Shown one piece after another: positions 1 to 13,047 of a DNA stretch of 64,000 nt. The translations under genes and the position numbers were made by a program. Each line of letters begins with the position of its first letter. Position 1 is the stretch's first letter. Location: contig QPMI01000542.1 in assembly GCA_004431415.1 (NCBI GenBank), forward strand, positions 124,001 to 188,000. Reading direction: 5' to 3'. The notes below the pieces were generated by a model that had not been told where the DNA came from, searched no databases, and was given only the letters and a program-made list of their open reading frames with translations. Origin of the DNA: Cyanophora paradoxa CCMP329. Its lineage: Eukaryota > Plantae > Glaucophyta.

Positions 1-2815
1 TCCTCGCGACATCGGCAGGGGCGGTCCCGGCCGCGGTAGCGGTCGGTGGGAAAAGGGCCTCGCGCTTCGTTCATGATCAGGTCCGGATGCGCGGCGTGCA
101 GGGCGCCGCTTCCTGCCCTCGCCCACCTTCCCCGCAGACCCGGTGTTGACAGGACCGTCGTCAGGCAACCGCTCGCCAGGGGCGCAGCGGCTGCGAGGGC
201 CGCCGGTTTCCGATCGGCGGCGCAGCGAGCTGCCAGCGCACCGCGCCGCCCGAGGCCTCCCCGCAGGTTTCACGCACCCGTGGCTCGGCAAGCCTCCCCG
301 CTCCGGCTCCGCTAGCGAGCCGGCCGTCAGGCAAGCGGCCACCCGCCCGCTCCGCCCCAGGGGATCGGTGGGATCTCTCACCGCCCGGGGCCGGGCCGCA
401 TGCGAGCTTAGGGCGCGGCGACGTAGCGCCCGGCTGGGGCCAGCGGCCGCTCGGACCACGGCGGTGGAGGCGAGGGGCGATGGCCGCGCGCGGGCCGACC
501 CCGCCCCGGGCTCGTCCTCTCTGCACCGCGGCCGCGGTACCCGACCCGCCAGCGCGGCTCCTCCTCTGCCCCGCCGCGGCGCGGCCGCGGGACCCGACCC
601 ACCAGCTCCACGCCGGCGCCCCTCGCAGCCGCCCCTCGCGCCCTGCTCTGCCCCCGCTGAAGGCTGTGCTGCTTCATGACCCCGCCCCCCCATGCCCTTG
701 GCGGCCCCCCGTCCGCCGGCCGGCCCTTCCGGGCTGGGCCCCTCCTCCCTTACCCCCCCCTCATCCTATCCTCGTACCCCCGCTCTCCGCCCGCCCTCCA
801 CGCCCGGCCCTCTGGCGCCCCCGCTGACCTCTTCCTCCCCTCGCAGGGTCGCTGGTGGGGCGGAGCCCGAGCAGCTGTACCCCACCCTCCTCCCGAACTC
901 GGAGGACCCCGGCATCAGCGGCCCGGCGGTTCCGCGCCCGCGTTCCCTTTGTGCCAGGCGCCAAGGCGTATCCCACCCAGGACTTCTCGTACCCCCTACC
1001 TACCCACCTCCAGCATCCCTTCTTCCCCCCCCCCCCCTCCAGCTCGGTCGCGGTCAGGCGAGAGGCGAAGGTCGCGCAAGCTCCTTCTCCCGGGCCGGGC
1101 CCCTCCGGCCCCTCCCCTTGCGCGAAGGCGGAAAGCCCATGTATCCCCCCATCACTTCCCCGTCCCGCCGCCACCCTTTTTTAAGCTGCGCGAGGATGGT
1201 GCGCTCCCCGCTCTCCGCTACCCGCCCCCGCCCCCCTCCCCCCACCCCCCACCCCTTCCTAATCTCATCTAAGCTGACCCCCAAATCTGACCCCTCTTTG
1301 CGCGCCCCCAGTTCTTCTCTGACCTCTCTTTCCCCTCGCAGAGGATCGCCGGTCCCCGGAAAGCTGTACCCCGGCATAAACGGCTCCGAGCGGCGTACGT
1401 ACACCCCTGCGCTCGATCTTGTCGGAGGGCGCCAGCGCCGGCGCCGGCCGCGCGCTGGCGTGGCCAGGGGGCGTCGGTGTACCCCCCCCCCTAGTGCCCT
1501 CGCCCGAACTCTCGAACGCACCACTCTGCATGAAGGCGGTGCGTACCCCTCCCCTCCACCATCCCCCCCCCCCGCTCCCTGCCCTCGTACCCCCGCTCTG
1601 CGCCCGCCTTCTACCCCGGCCCTCCGCTGATCTTCCTCCCCTTGCAGGGTCGCCAGTCCGCTGCGGCGGAGCTCGAGCAGCTGTACCCCCACCGTCCTCC
1701 CGACCTCGGAGGACCCCGGCATCAGCAGCTCCGCGAGGCGTACCCCAGGCCCCGGGTGCCAGGTGCCGGCGTACCCCCCACCCCACCCCAACGGCTTGGC
1801 GGCCCCCGTCCCCCTCCCGGCCCCTCCCGGGCTGGGTCCCTCCTCCCTTACCCCTCTCCCCCCCCCCTCTCATCCTATCCTCGTACCCCCGCTCTCCACC
1901 CGCCCTCTACTCCCCGCCCTCCGGCGCCTCCGCTGACCTCTTCCTCCCCTCGCAGGGTCGCTGGTGGGGCGGAGCCCGAGCAGCTGTACCCGTACCGTCC
2001 TCCCGAACTCGGAGGACCCCGGCATCAGCGGCTCCGCGAGGCGTACCCAAGCACCAGGCGCCAGACACCGGTGTACCCCTGTACCCCCCACCCACACCCC
2101 GACTCTGGCGTACCCCCCCCCCCACGCCGGGCGTACACCACCCTCAGGGCTTCTGGTTCTCTCCGGCCTCCTCTGCTTCTCTCCTCCCGCCCTCCTCTGT
2201 GCCGCGCTCGGCGGCGGCGCCTATCCGCGGTGGGCGTCGGCCGACGGGCCGCCTCGCGGGCGGCCGCGTGCTCGCCGCCGGACCTGACGCCGCCGGCCTC
2301 GTGGGGCGGGCCGGGACGGCGGCGGACGGCCTCGCGGCGGCGCTGGAGGCGGCCGACCCGCGCCTTCTCCCCGTCGACCTCTCCCCGCGGGGCGATCCGG
2401 CGCCCATCCCGCGGCTCTCGGCGATCTCGCCGCGGCGCCTGCCGCTCGCGTCGCCGCCGGCGCCCGACGTGAGCGCGCTGCACGCGTGCCTCGCCCAGCT
2501 GGAGGGCATCGCGCCGGCGCCGGCGCCCCGCGCGCCCGCGTGGCGCCCTTCAAGGAGGCGCCCTCGCCGGCGCCGGCGGCCTCGCCGGGCCTCTCGGCCT
2601 CGCCCTTCGCGTCGGCGTCGGAGGAGAAGCGGCGGACGCCCTCGAGCGGCGGCGCCGGCGGCCCGTCGACGTCGGGCGGCGAGGAGGAGGAGAGCCTCCG
2701 CGCCGGCTCCGCCTTCGCCCCGGCCGCTGAGGAGGGCGAGGGCGACGAGGCCGCCCCGGCGCCCGCCGCGCCCCTTGGCAAGGCCGCCCGCCGCAAGAAG
2801 AAGAAGGGCCAGTAA
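1..2815 (+). CDS. 3' portion of a spliced gene with tandemly duplicated intron-exon units and a Pro/Ala-rich terminal exon; product unknown
   Basis: Pyrimidine tract + (T/C)GCAG acceptors precede related exons at 847, 1342, 1648 and 1956 (copy 1 encodes VAGGAEPEQLYPTLLPNSEDPGISG). The terminal frame ends ...GKAARRKKKKGQ with TAA at 2813-2815, followed by AT-richer UTR-like sequence. The start is not identified. Confidence 0.5.
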
Positions 2816-3640
2816 TAGGTAGCCCCTCCTCTTCGCGAACGCTTCTTTCCTAGTTGTGAGTCCCTGTGATGCCCGCATCGTTTCGTTCCTAGGTGTACAG
2901 ACCGACGTCTCTATCCTGCTTGCTATGCTTTATAACTCTACTTTCAAAACACCGTTGTTGTACTCGTACGGACCATTTTTTCTCCTGTAAAATCTCGGGC
3001 TTCGTTTTTAGAAGGGGTGAGTGGCTAGCTGTGTCCGGCTGAATCCCTCTTTCCGCAGCAAAGCCCGCATGTAAACATAAATATGTTTTCTCTTCTTTCC
3101 TTCTCCTGTAAATATGCCTCGTGCCGCGCCGCCCATTTCAAGCCGGCCCAGGCCGCGGTTTCCCCATACGTGCAGGACTTTCTCTGAGCTCTTAATAATA
3201 AGGCTTCAGCGCGGCAAGCTCCTGCCTTGTAACATGTCGTCGAGCAAATGCACTATAATTTATCCGAGTAGGACCTCTGCTTCCTTCGAATTATTGTCCG
3301 CGGCCGGCGCCGCGCCGGATCCGTGCATGTGGTCGAGCCGCGTGCATCATGGCTGGCATGCGCACGTTCGTTCCGAAGTTCGTGCGTCAGGCTCCGTCAG
3401 CAGGACTTTATCTGAGCTCTTTTTATTGCCTGGCAGACTGTGGCAGTGCCTGGGACGCTGGCAGTACTAGTGGCGCCGGCCTTGCAGACAAGCTGCAGTG
3501 CTGCACTGCGCATGCGGCGTGCAGTGCCTGCCCCAGTGGCAGCTGCAGTCGATCCACGCGTACGGGTCCTACGGGAACGTCGGGAAGTTAACGTTGTCCG
3601 ACGGTGGCCGACTCGGTCAGGGGGGGAGCGGCCCCGGGAG

Positions 3641-3935
3641 CCGACTCGGCGAGTCGGGACTCGGGACTCGGGAGTCCGATCGCGAGGCTCGGGAGTCGGG
3701 ACTCGGGAGTCGGGACTCAATTATATAAGCTTGGGAGTCGGGAGTCGGGACCATCGAACTCGGGAATCGGCCCGGCGGGAGCCATGGCCAGGGCCTCAGC
3801 CAGGCCAGCCTCGAGCTCACTGCATGAGTCACTGAGTCAGCGCGCGGCGCCGGCTGCACGGCGGCCCCGGCGCCGGCGGGCACTGGGCAGTGGGCACTGG
3901 GCAGTGGGCAGTGGGCACTGGGCACTGGGCAGTAC
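3641..3935. repeat. Heptamer simple repeats (GGGACTC/GGGAGTC and GGGCACT/GGGCAGT)
   Basis: Visible runs at ~3641-3770 and ~3878-3935; similar short run at ~38446-38470. Confidence 0.8.
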
Positions 3936-4798
3936 TAGTGCACCGTGGTCTGTGCGACTCTGTGGGAGTCTGGGACCCTGGGTCCCTGGGAGACTGTGGC
4001 ACCACTGGCACGTAAACTTGATCATTGATCCGAATCATCGTCCGCTCCGATCGATATCCAGCCTATATATATAGTTGGCAGGCCCTGAGGAAGTTGCCAG
4101 TGCAACTTGCCACTACTAGTAACTTCAAGCTTGCCAACTGCAGGAACTCGGAAGTTGCCGTCGGTTGTTTTGCGTTTTTTTCCAATTGCAATTGCTGTTT
4201 TGTGTTTTTTTCAAATTGCTGTTGCTGTTGCTAACCCCGCCTTAAGCTTTTTTCCCCTGACCGGTTCCACCGTGCCACACTGCCACCGTGGCACTGCCAC
4301 GGTGAGTCGGCGGTGGGCCCCAGTCTTGGGGGCCAAGTTGGGGCCCAACTGGCAAGTTGCCAAAAGTTGGGGGATCGAAGTACTACCGTAGTAGACTACT
4401 AGTAGTACGCCGTAGTACGGTAAGTTGTCGGTAACCCCGGAACTCGGGCCGGAATTCATGATCAAGGTTGCCGAAGAATTCGAACTTGCCGTCGGTTGTT
4501 TTTGCGTTTTTGTATAATTATAAAAGGGGGGCCAGTAGTGGCGTGCCACCAACGGCCCAATTGCCAAGTTGCATGCAAGGCCCAATCGGCCCAGGCCGCC
4601 AGGCGGCCCTGAGGCGGGCCATGCAGGCCCGCCGCCGGGCCGCCGGGCCCGGCCACTGCGGCCAGCCGCCAGCCCCGGCAGGCTGGCGCCGCCTGGCGCC
4701 GGGCTGGCGGCAGCCCGGCCAGGCCAACTTGCAATTTGCAAGCTGGGTACTACGGTAATTGGGGTACTAGTACCACCGGTAGTAGTACTACGAATTCG

Positions 4799-6325
4799 GA
4801 AGGTTTACAAGGAAAATCAGCGCGTATTACTCCGTACCCCCCAGCTATGTGGGGCCGCGCCGAGTGCCACGGAGTAGGGTTTATAAAATAAGATTTACAA
4901 GAAAAAGCGATCGCGGAGCATAGAAATAAGGTGGCGGCAGGTGCGGGGCGGGCCGCGGGCGGCCCAGCGGCGCTGCTGCGGGCGGGGCCGGGGCGCGATC
5001 AAATCGGGGCGCGGGCGGCGGGCGGCAGGGGAGCGGCAGAGCGGGGCGGCGAACCCGCGCAGGCGAGCTGGGTCGGCGGCAGGTGCGGGGCGGGCCGCGG
5101 GCGGCCCAGCGGCGCTGCTGCGGGCGGGGCCGGGGCGCGATCAAATCGGGGGCGCGGGCGGCGGGCGGCAGGGGAGCGGCGTAGCGGGGCGGCGAACCCC
5201 GCGCAGGCGAGCTGGGTCGGCGGCAGGTGCGGGGCGGGCCGCGGGCGGCCCAGCGGCGCTGCTGCGGGCGGGGCCGGGGCGCGATCAAATCGGGGGCGCG
5301 GGCGGCGGGCGGCAGGGGAGCGGCGTAGCGGGGCGGCGAACCCCGCGCAGGCGAGCTGGGTCGGCGGCAGGTGCGGGGCGGGCCGCGGGCGGCCCAGCGG
5401 CGCTGCTGCGGGCGGGGCCGGGGCGCGATCAAATCGGGGGCGCGGGGCGGCGGTGCGCGGCGCGGCGGGAGAGCGGCGTTGCTGGGCAGCGAACCTGGCG
5501 CTCCATCATCTGATGGTTCGGATTCCCTCAGTGGCGAGGGGCGGGGCGAAAGGCGGCGCTGCTACGGTCGAACCAGCATCTGATGGTTTCGATCGAACTG
5601 CGCGCGGTCGGCCTTGGGGGAGAGCGCAGGCACGCTGTGTCTGCGCACCATCAGCTGATGGGTCGGCGCTGCGCAGTGGCGCGGGGCGGGGCGACCGGCG
5701 GCGCTGCTGCGGGCGGACCATCAGATGCTGGTTTCCATGGAACTGCGCGACGGCGACCGTCGAGGCGAGCGCAGAGGCCTTCAAACGACAGAGTGCGCAC
5801 CAAAGGATGCGTAGGCTTCACGCGGAGGCAGCTGGGCGGCGCTGGAGCCCAGGGCGGCAAGAATGGTCAAGCCGACCTGTGGGTGGTGCTTCGCAGAGCG
5901 GGACAACGGCGCCGATCTGTGGGCCGCGACCGAGACTGCAGCTTACAGGCGCAACCAAGCTTCGAAAGCGCCAAGCTTCAGGCGCGTAGGGGAGGGAGCA
6001 GAGAAGGCGATTCCGCTGGGGGTACCCCCTTGCGGGCGATGCGCGCCGGTTCGCGTGACTCTACGAAGCGCCGTGTTCGCGCCGGTTGGGCAGAGCTAGC
6101 CGAGCCGGGGACCGGCCTCCCCGTCGGCTTGCTGGCCGGGCCGGCCCCCTAGATTTTCGAATATATATTTTCACCACCTGTCTCCAAATTTCGTGCACTT
6201 TTTACGCCTCTTTTTAACCTTTTTAGAGAAATATCCAAACTCGACGACCCATTCAGGCGACCAATCAAATCGTACCTCAAATAGGGGTACGGAGTAATAC
6301 GCGCTGATTTTCCTTGTAAACCTTC
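4799..6325. mobile_element. Non-autonomous DNA-transposon-like element with 42-bp perfect TIRs
   Basis: GAAGGTTTACAAGGAAAATCAGCGCGTATTACTCCGTACCCC at 4799-4840 and its exact reverse complement at 6284-6325. It has an internal tandem array. No TSD is visible. Confidence 0.8.
4933..5450. repeat. Tandem repeat, ~144-bp unit, ~3.6 copies, inside the TIR element
   Basis: GGCGGCAGGTGCGGGGCGGGCC unit starts at 4933, 5075, 5219 and 5363. Confidence 0.9.
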
Positions 6326-6379
6326 AACACCCCCGGTACTACAGTACTACGCCGTAATTAGTAAGTTGGCCCGTAACTA

Positions 6380-6575
6380 CCGTGTAACAGGAAAATACTG
6401 GACGCTGAAAATTAGTGGAGCCGGAAATTAGTGGACTGAAATCTTGACTCAGTCCACTAATTTCCGGCTCCACTAATTCCCTGATGAGAAGCGGCCTTAT
6501 AGTATACCCCGCAAAATTACCGCCCCATACAAGCATGAAAGTTTTACGATCCACTAATTTCCCCGTCGGTCCGTA
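6380..6575. mobile_element. MITE-like fragment with a perfect 30-bp hairpin
   Basis: 6410-6439 is the exact reverse complement of 6449-6478 (9-nt loop). It starts TA|CCGT, repeats the CCACTAATT motif and has a CCCCATACAA core at ~6524. Confidence 0.6.
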
Positions 6576-6806
6576 GTACTCCCGAGTCCCTACTAGTACT
6601 ACTCCGTACTACGGTACTACGGTGGCTTCATCGCTCGAAGCCTTTTGATTAAGTTTTGAAGGGAGTCGACGTCAAAGTAGCATCCTCGGCGAGTCCTCGC
6701 CTCCTGCTGGCCCGCATCGATATCGATATCGGACCTCGCGCCCATCAACTCCCCAGAGTCCCCACCGCACCTTGGCAAGGCCGCAGCCGCACTCGCGGTA
6801 CCGGTG

Positions 6807-9800
6807 ATGCCGCCCTTGGAGCCTGCAGCTATGCTCGAGAAGAGCCCCGAAGTCGCCTCAGCGCTGCAGCTTGCGGCCGTCAGCATCAAGGACACTAGCT
6901 GTAGAGATACGGGAACGGCCGCGGCGCCGGCCAGCGCCGCCGTTGTCGATAGTGCGCGCGCGCGCACGCGTTCGGCCGACTCTCGGCCTAGGCCTGCATG
7001 CATGGGGCCCTGCGCCAAGCTTAAGAGCCACAGCTGGGCGGGGCTGCCCGGCCGCGGATCCGGAGCGCCTGCCGCGGGCCCGGCCGCGCCTCGCGAGTAC
7101 AGCACGCTGGCGCTGATGAACGCCGCCGAGCGGAAGGAGCGGCGGAGGCGGCGTGCCTCCTTTTCGCTGGGGCAGCCGGCGCCCGATGGACAGCCCTCGC
7201 TCCTGCCCGAGCTGCGCGCTTTCTACAAAGCCGACCAGGGCGCCGCCATCGAGCTGTTCACGGACCAGGCGCGCGCGCCCCGCCCGGGCCGCGCTCCCGC
7301 TCCCCCCGGCCCCGGCCCGGCCCGCGCGCACGCGTAAACTGTAACGCTGACCCTCGCCCCAGGCGCTCCTGCGGCGGGAGGCGCTGCGCTTCTCCCCCCG
7401 CGTGGCCACGTGCGCATGGCTCGAGCGCGCATGCATATTAGACTGGGCCGCCGAGGTCGGCTCGCGCGCGAGATTTAGATCTAGATCTAGACTGGGCCGC
7501 CGCTTGCGCGCTCTAAATCCCCAGTCGGCTCGCGCGCGCGCTCACCCGGGCTCCGGCGCGCGGCGCTGCATGCGCAGGTGGAGCCTCCTCTTCTGGCGCT
7601 CGATCGACCTCGACAACAGCAACACGCTCGAGGAGAACGAGTTCATGCCCTACGCCATGTGCGCCGCGCGCGGCCCCGGGCCCCGCCGCCTTGCAGCAGC
7701 AGCTGCCGTCCCGCAAGCTCTAAGCACTGAGCGCGCGCAGGCTGCTCTACAAGGTCCTCCACGGCTCGTGGGACGAGGCGACGGCCCGCGCCGCCTGCGC
7801 GGAGGACTGGTGCGGCCCCTTCACCGGATTCGTGATCCGCTGAAGAGAATCGCTGAGATCTCGCCTCGCCGCGGCGCGCGCGCGCGCAGGCACAGCGACC
7901 GGCGGGGGAAGAACTACATCAACTGCGAGACGTTCCTCCTCTCCCTCTTCCAGCTCGCCGTGCGCCCACGCGGCGCGCGCGTGGGACCGGCGTCCGGGAT
8001 CTGCCGCCGCTCTGACCGCCGAGGCCCCCCCCCCCCCCCCCCTCCCCTCCCCGCGAACTCGCAGGATACCTGGTAATTCCGATTTGGCGCGATTTGAATT
8101 TCTTGACTCGCACCAGGGCCTGGGATTTATATTAAGCCTCTTCGCGCGCAGGACGGAGAACATTGACGAGGCAGAGATGGTGCGCATACGCACCGCTCGC
8201 GCGCCTATCATAACAACAAATTTCCTCACGAGGCAAATTCATTAATTTCACGTCGGGCAGGTGGAGTTCCTGGAGACGCTCTTCGCCTGCGTAATGCGGT
8301 GGGACGAGGCCCGCGGCGGCTTCTCCCTGAGGCCACTCGAAGGCGCGCCCCGGGCCCGGCCCGGCCCGAATCCAAGCTCAACGATACTGATCGGGGGAGC
8401 AGACGTGCGGCCGGGGGAGTGCATGGCGGAGATCGAGCGCGCGCGCCTCCGGAGGCAGCGGTCCTCGAGGGGTGAAAACAAGCGCTCCCCAAGCCTGCAG
8501 CTGGTTCGGGCCCCGCCCGGCCCCTGTGCGCCTCACCTCGAAATGACCGCGAACGCGGCGCAGTCGTTCAGACTCCAGCGGCAGTCGAGCACGGGGCTCC
8601 TCCGGTCAGACTCGTGCACGTCGGCGGCGGCGATGGCGGCGGCGGCGGCGGCGGCGGCGGCGTTGGGCCCGCTCGCCGCCGCGACCGGCGCCGACCGCGA
8701 GCTGCTGGAGGGAGCCTCGCCCGCCCCCGCGGCCGCCCGCTCGTCCTCCTTCCGCCGGGGGGGCCGGGGCCGCCGCGGCGTGAGCTTCCGGGAGGGTACC
8801 GGCGCCGGCGCCGACGGCGGTGGCGATCGCGGGGAGGGGGGGTACTCGGCCCAGTCGGATGGCGAGGGCCGCTCGCCCCCCCCCGCCGCCTTCAACGACG
8901 GGGCCGGCGGCTGGAGCCTCTTCCACAGCCTCCTGCAGGGTACGGTACCCCGCCCCTTTCGCCCCTCCGGTCCCCTTCTGATCCGCGGGGCGGGCCGCCC
9001 GGCGAGCAGCGCGGAACCCACAGAGAGCCGGCACGGGCCTGGGCAAGCCGGACCCGCGTGCGTTCCCAGCCCCAGTCAGAGTGTGAATCCGCAGCAACCG
9101 GCGAGGCTGACGGGCCGGGCCCTCCCCCACCCCTCCCTCCCTCTCCCGCAGAGGGCGCCAGCAACGCCGTCTTCATCCCGGCGATCTCGGACGATCTCTA
9201 CTCCCGCCTCCTCGGCCAGCGCTGGCGCAGCCTGCACGCGGCCCCGTGCGCATGTCTTTCCTTTCTTTTCCTTTCCTTTCATTTCCTTTCCTTTAATTCC
9301 TTTTCTAACTGAAGCTTGCCCTCCCCTGCCGAAGGCCCAGGAGCCTGAGCCTCTCCCGTCGATCCTCGGGCGGGGGCACGGACGGAGAAGGGGGGGAGGA
9401 GGCCAACGGCGCCTCCACGGGCCGCTCGGGGGCCGACGGGTCCCTCTGCACCTCCCGAAGGCGAGTACCAGTGCCGGTGTTGTATTAGCTGGGTCCCGGC
9501 CCGGCCCGGCCCCCGCTCGAGCTCGGCGACTGAGGCGGCGCTGTGCTGCGGATCCGCAGCGGCGCGGCGACGTGCCGCTCGAGCTCGGGCGCAGACGGGT
9601 CCCTCTACACCTCCCGAAGGCAAGCTCATGTTCATATGATCAGTTCAAGGCGCATCGATATGGATATCGCTGACGCCCCGGCCCGGCCCGCAGCGGCGCG
9701 GCCACGTGCCGCTCGGGCGCCGGGGACGGGGAGAATCTGGATCCGGAGCCCGGGCCGCAGGCGGCGGCGCCGGCGGCCTCGGGCGCGCGGGCCGCGCCCT

Positions 9801-12288
9801 CACGGACAGGCGCGGGCTCGATCCGCCAGGGGCGCGTCTCCTTCTCTATCCCGACCCTCGACCGTGCGCCCTCGAATTTGATCTTGAATTAGATTGTTCC
9901 TCAGGGTCTTAATGATAGACAACCCCTGCGGCTCCCCCGCCCCCCCCCCCCAACCCTCTCGACCCCTCTCCGAGGCTCCCCCCCCCACTTCCCGCTCCTC
10001 CGTCACGCCCCTCTGTCCTACCCCGTCCCCCCCCCGCCCGTACCCCCCTCAAGGCCACGGCGCTTCGGCTCCCGGCTTCCTTCCTCCCCTCCTTCCCCTC
10101 CCCCCTCCCCTCCCCTCCCCCTCCCCCGCGTTCCCTCCCCCCACCCCATCCCCCCCCGTCCCCCTCACGGCCCTCTGCAGTCGGCGTCGGGATCCGTGCG
10201 GGCCTCCGCCGCTACTCCGCCGACAGCGGTGCGCGCGCGCGCGATCAACCCCTCCCCGCGCGCGCCGCGCAGCCGCCGACGCCCGAACCCCAATGTATAT
10301 TGATGACCCCGAGCGCAGCTGCGCCGGTCTCTTCGAGCGCAGCGGCGCCGGTTTCTTCGATCGCGAGCTCAAGCTCCAGCCTCTCGGTCGTGCCGCGGTC
10401 CCTCTCGATCCGCCGCGCGAGCACCGGCCAGTTCGACGTCTCCTCCGGCTCCATTCGAAGCGGTCCGACCCGCCCTCCTCGCACAAAGCTTAAGTTATCT
10501 CTAATTCTGCTGCTCACGGGCCGGCTACGTACGCGCAGCGTGCTCGGCCGCCTCGTCGCTGGTGACCGCCCTCGCGCTGCTCGAGGCCGAGAAGGCCGCC
10601 GAGCGCGCCGCCGCCGCCGCCGCGGCGCTTGCCGCCCCTGCTGCCGGTTCCGCGGGCCCGGGCCCGGGCCCTGGCCCAGCCCTCGATGCGACGAGCCCGA
10701 TCGCGGGCCCAACCACGAGCGGCGCCGGCGCCGGCGCCCGGCCGCAGCTGCAGCCGCTGGCCCCCTCCGCCTCCACTGTCCTCGTCGAGGTCCGCCTTCG
10801 CTCCCACCACTGGGCCAGGAACGCCCACGTTGACTCCGACGCTCTAGCTTAGATCTAGAACGCACATTGATGTTAATCCGCGGACCGCGGCTGCTGCCGC
10901 TCGCTGTCCGCTCGCTCCCCTGCTGCCGTTAGAGTTGAAACTTAGAGCGAGCGTATGTTGGTAATAATCCCGGTGGGGCTGACCGCGGGCGTGGGCCGGG
11001 GCCGGCGCAGGTCGACGTCTCCCGCCTGTCAGCGAGCCTCACTGGGCTCTCGCTCCTCTCGGCCCCGGCCCCGGCCCCGGCCCCGGCCCCGGCCCCCGAG
11101 CCCGAGTCGGCGCCGGCGTCGCGATCGGCGGCGGCGCCGACGTCCCCCGTCCCCTTCCAATCGCGCGATCGCGAGCCGCCGGCCACGGCCATGGCGGGCC
11201 ACGGGTACACGCGGATCGGCGGCCCGGCGGCGCACGCGCACGCGCAGCTGCAGCACCTCCCGACGGTGCGGGAGGGCGTGCCGGTCGTCGGTACCCCGCC
11301 GGCGCCGTCGTCGACGTCGACGCCCCCCACGGGGCTCAGCATCCAAGGCCTGGGGGACCCGGGCGGCCTCTGGCTGCCCCCCGCCGCGGTGCCGGCCCCG
11401 GCCCGCGAGGGTCCGGAACCGGAGCCTGCGCATGCGGCTGCGACCCTTCCCCCCCTGGCCCACGCCCCCGGCCACCCCGCCCTCCACCCGGTACCCCCCG
11501 TCTCCCGCCGCTCCTCCCGCGACTGGACGACCGCGCCCTCCACCCCCCTCGCCATGAATGTCCGGGGTACCCACGTCGAGGGCCCGGCGGCCGCGCCCTG
11601 CGGGGCCGAGAGCGCTAGCCCGCCCCTCCACGCGCGCCCCGCGGCCGCGGCCGCGGCTGGGCACCTCGAGCTCCCTCCGGCCCTGGCGCTCCGTTCCGGC
11701 CGCCCGCCGACCGCGCCGGCTGCCGACCTCGCCGCCCCCTTCACGTGCAGGGGCCTCTCGACGCGGCCGATCCCGACGTCGACGTCGACGTCCGGATCCC
11801 TGCGCACGCGCGCCTCCAGATCCAGATCCGGATCCGTATCCGAATCCGCTCGCAGCCCGTCTCCGGTTTCGCGATCGATATCGCAGCGGTCCGTGGCGGG
11901 CGGCTTCCTCGCCGCGCCGGCGCCCCAGCTGCAGCCGCGCGCCCTCTCCCTCTCCCCCTCTCGCGCCGGCGCCGGCGCCGGCGCCGGCGCCGCGAGCCTC
12001 CGCCGCGCCCAGACGGCGAAGAAGACTTCTTCCCCCCCGCTCGCCCAGTCCGAGTCCGAGCCGGAGAGCAGCCTCGCCCCGGCCTGGTGGTCCCTCGCCT
12101 GCCAGGGCAGCGGCCTGGCCTCGGGCCGCGCCCCGCGGCCGACCACGAGCGGCGCTTCGGTGCTGGCCCCGCTTCGCCCCGCGCCTACGCGCGCCCCCGA
12201 GCTGGGAGCCGGTTCCGGGTCCCTTGAGCCGGGCGACCGCCCGGTCTCCGTCTCCTGGCACCCGCGCCGCAGCCCCGGCTGGCACTGA
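6807..12288 (+). CDS. Multi-exon gene: N-terminal EF-hand-like region followed by a long Pro/Ser/Ala-rich tail
   Basis: Spliced exons give ...ALLRREALRFSPRV..WSLLFWRSIDLDNSNTLEENEF (DxDxSxxLxxxE EF loop)..ACAEDW-HSDRRGKNYINCETFLLSLFQLA-DTW-TENIDEAEM-VEFLETLF. The start (6807 or 7002) and the joining of the 3' low-complexity exons (to TGA 12288) are uncertain. Confidence 0.6.
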
Positions 12289-13047
12289 CGCCGGCGCGGC
12301 ACCGTCGCCTAAATTCCTATACATTGCTATAGCTATAGCTTATTGTGTATCAGTTTCAAAGTTTAGCAGGCCGGTGCCGGCGTTGTATGTAAGTTTAGCA
12401 ACCTAACGGCTACGGTATACCGTAGCTTATGTTATATCAGTCTATAGCTCTAGAACTGTTTAAAGGCCGGGCGCCGCAGCGCTAACAGTGAGTCTGTGCA
12501 CGTGGCAGCTGCATTCATGACTCAGTGATCCTGAGGCTCATCCTGATCATGATCATCTAGAGCTCAATGTCACAGTGTCGATATCGATGTCATCTTTTCC
12601 ATTCTCGAGCTCGATGAATTTCATCCATATACGTACACGTGCGTAGTAGTATATACCTCACATGCATATGCATAGAACAAGACAGCAGAAACAGTGCAGT
12701 CGGTCAAGGCCATCGATCGTCCTCGAGTACTAGTTAAATTTAACAATTTGTACAGCTCCTTGCATTTCTCCTTGCAATATTAATCGCCTCGCCCCTTTCA
12801 TTCCTAGGCCTCCAAGAAGTTTTGTAGAGAAGCTTACGTATGTAGATAGAATTTCATATTTAAAGATCACACGTAGAGCTAATAAGTTTCCAATATTGTG
12901 CTAACGTTGACGAATACTCGAAAGGAGCTGAGGGCTTCTTGCCCCAGAGCCAGGCGAAATATTATGGTAGGGCGAAAAAGAGGTCTCACTGCTCAGCCGG
13001 CATTAATATTCTAGATCTAGGGCGCGAATACTACTGAATAGAGAATC

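Noticed and set aside
6481-6520. CTGATGA as a hammerhead ribozyme core
   Set aside because: No GAAA after a stem II and no convincing stems I/III.
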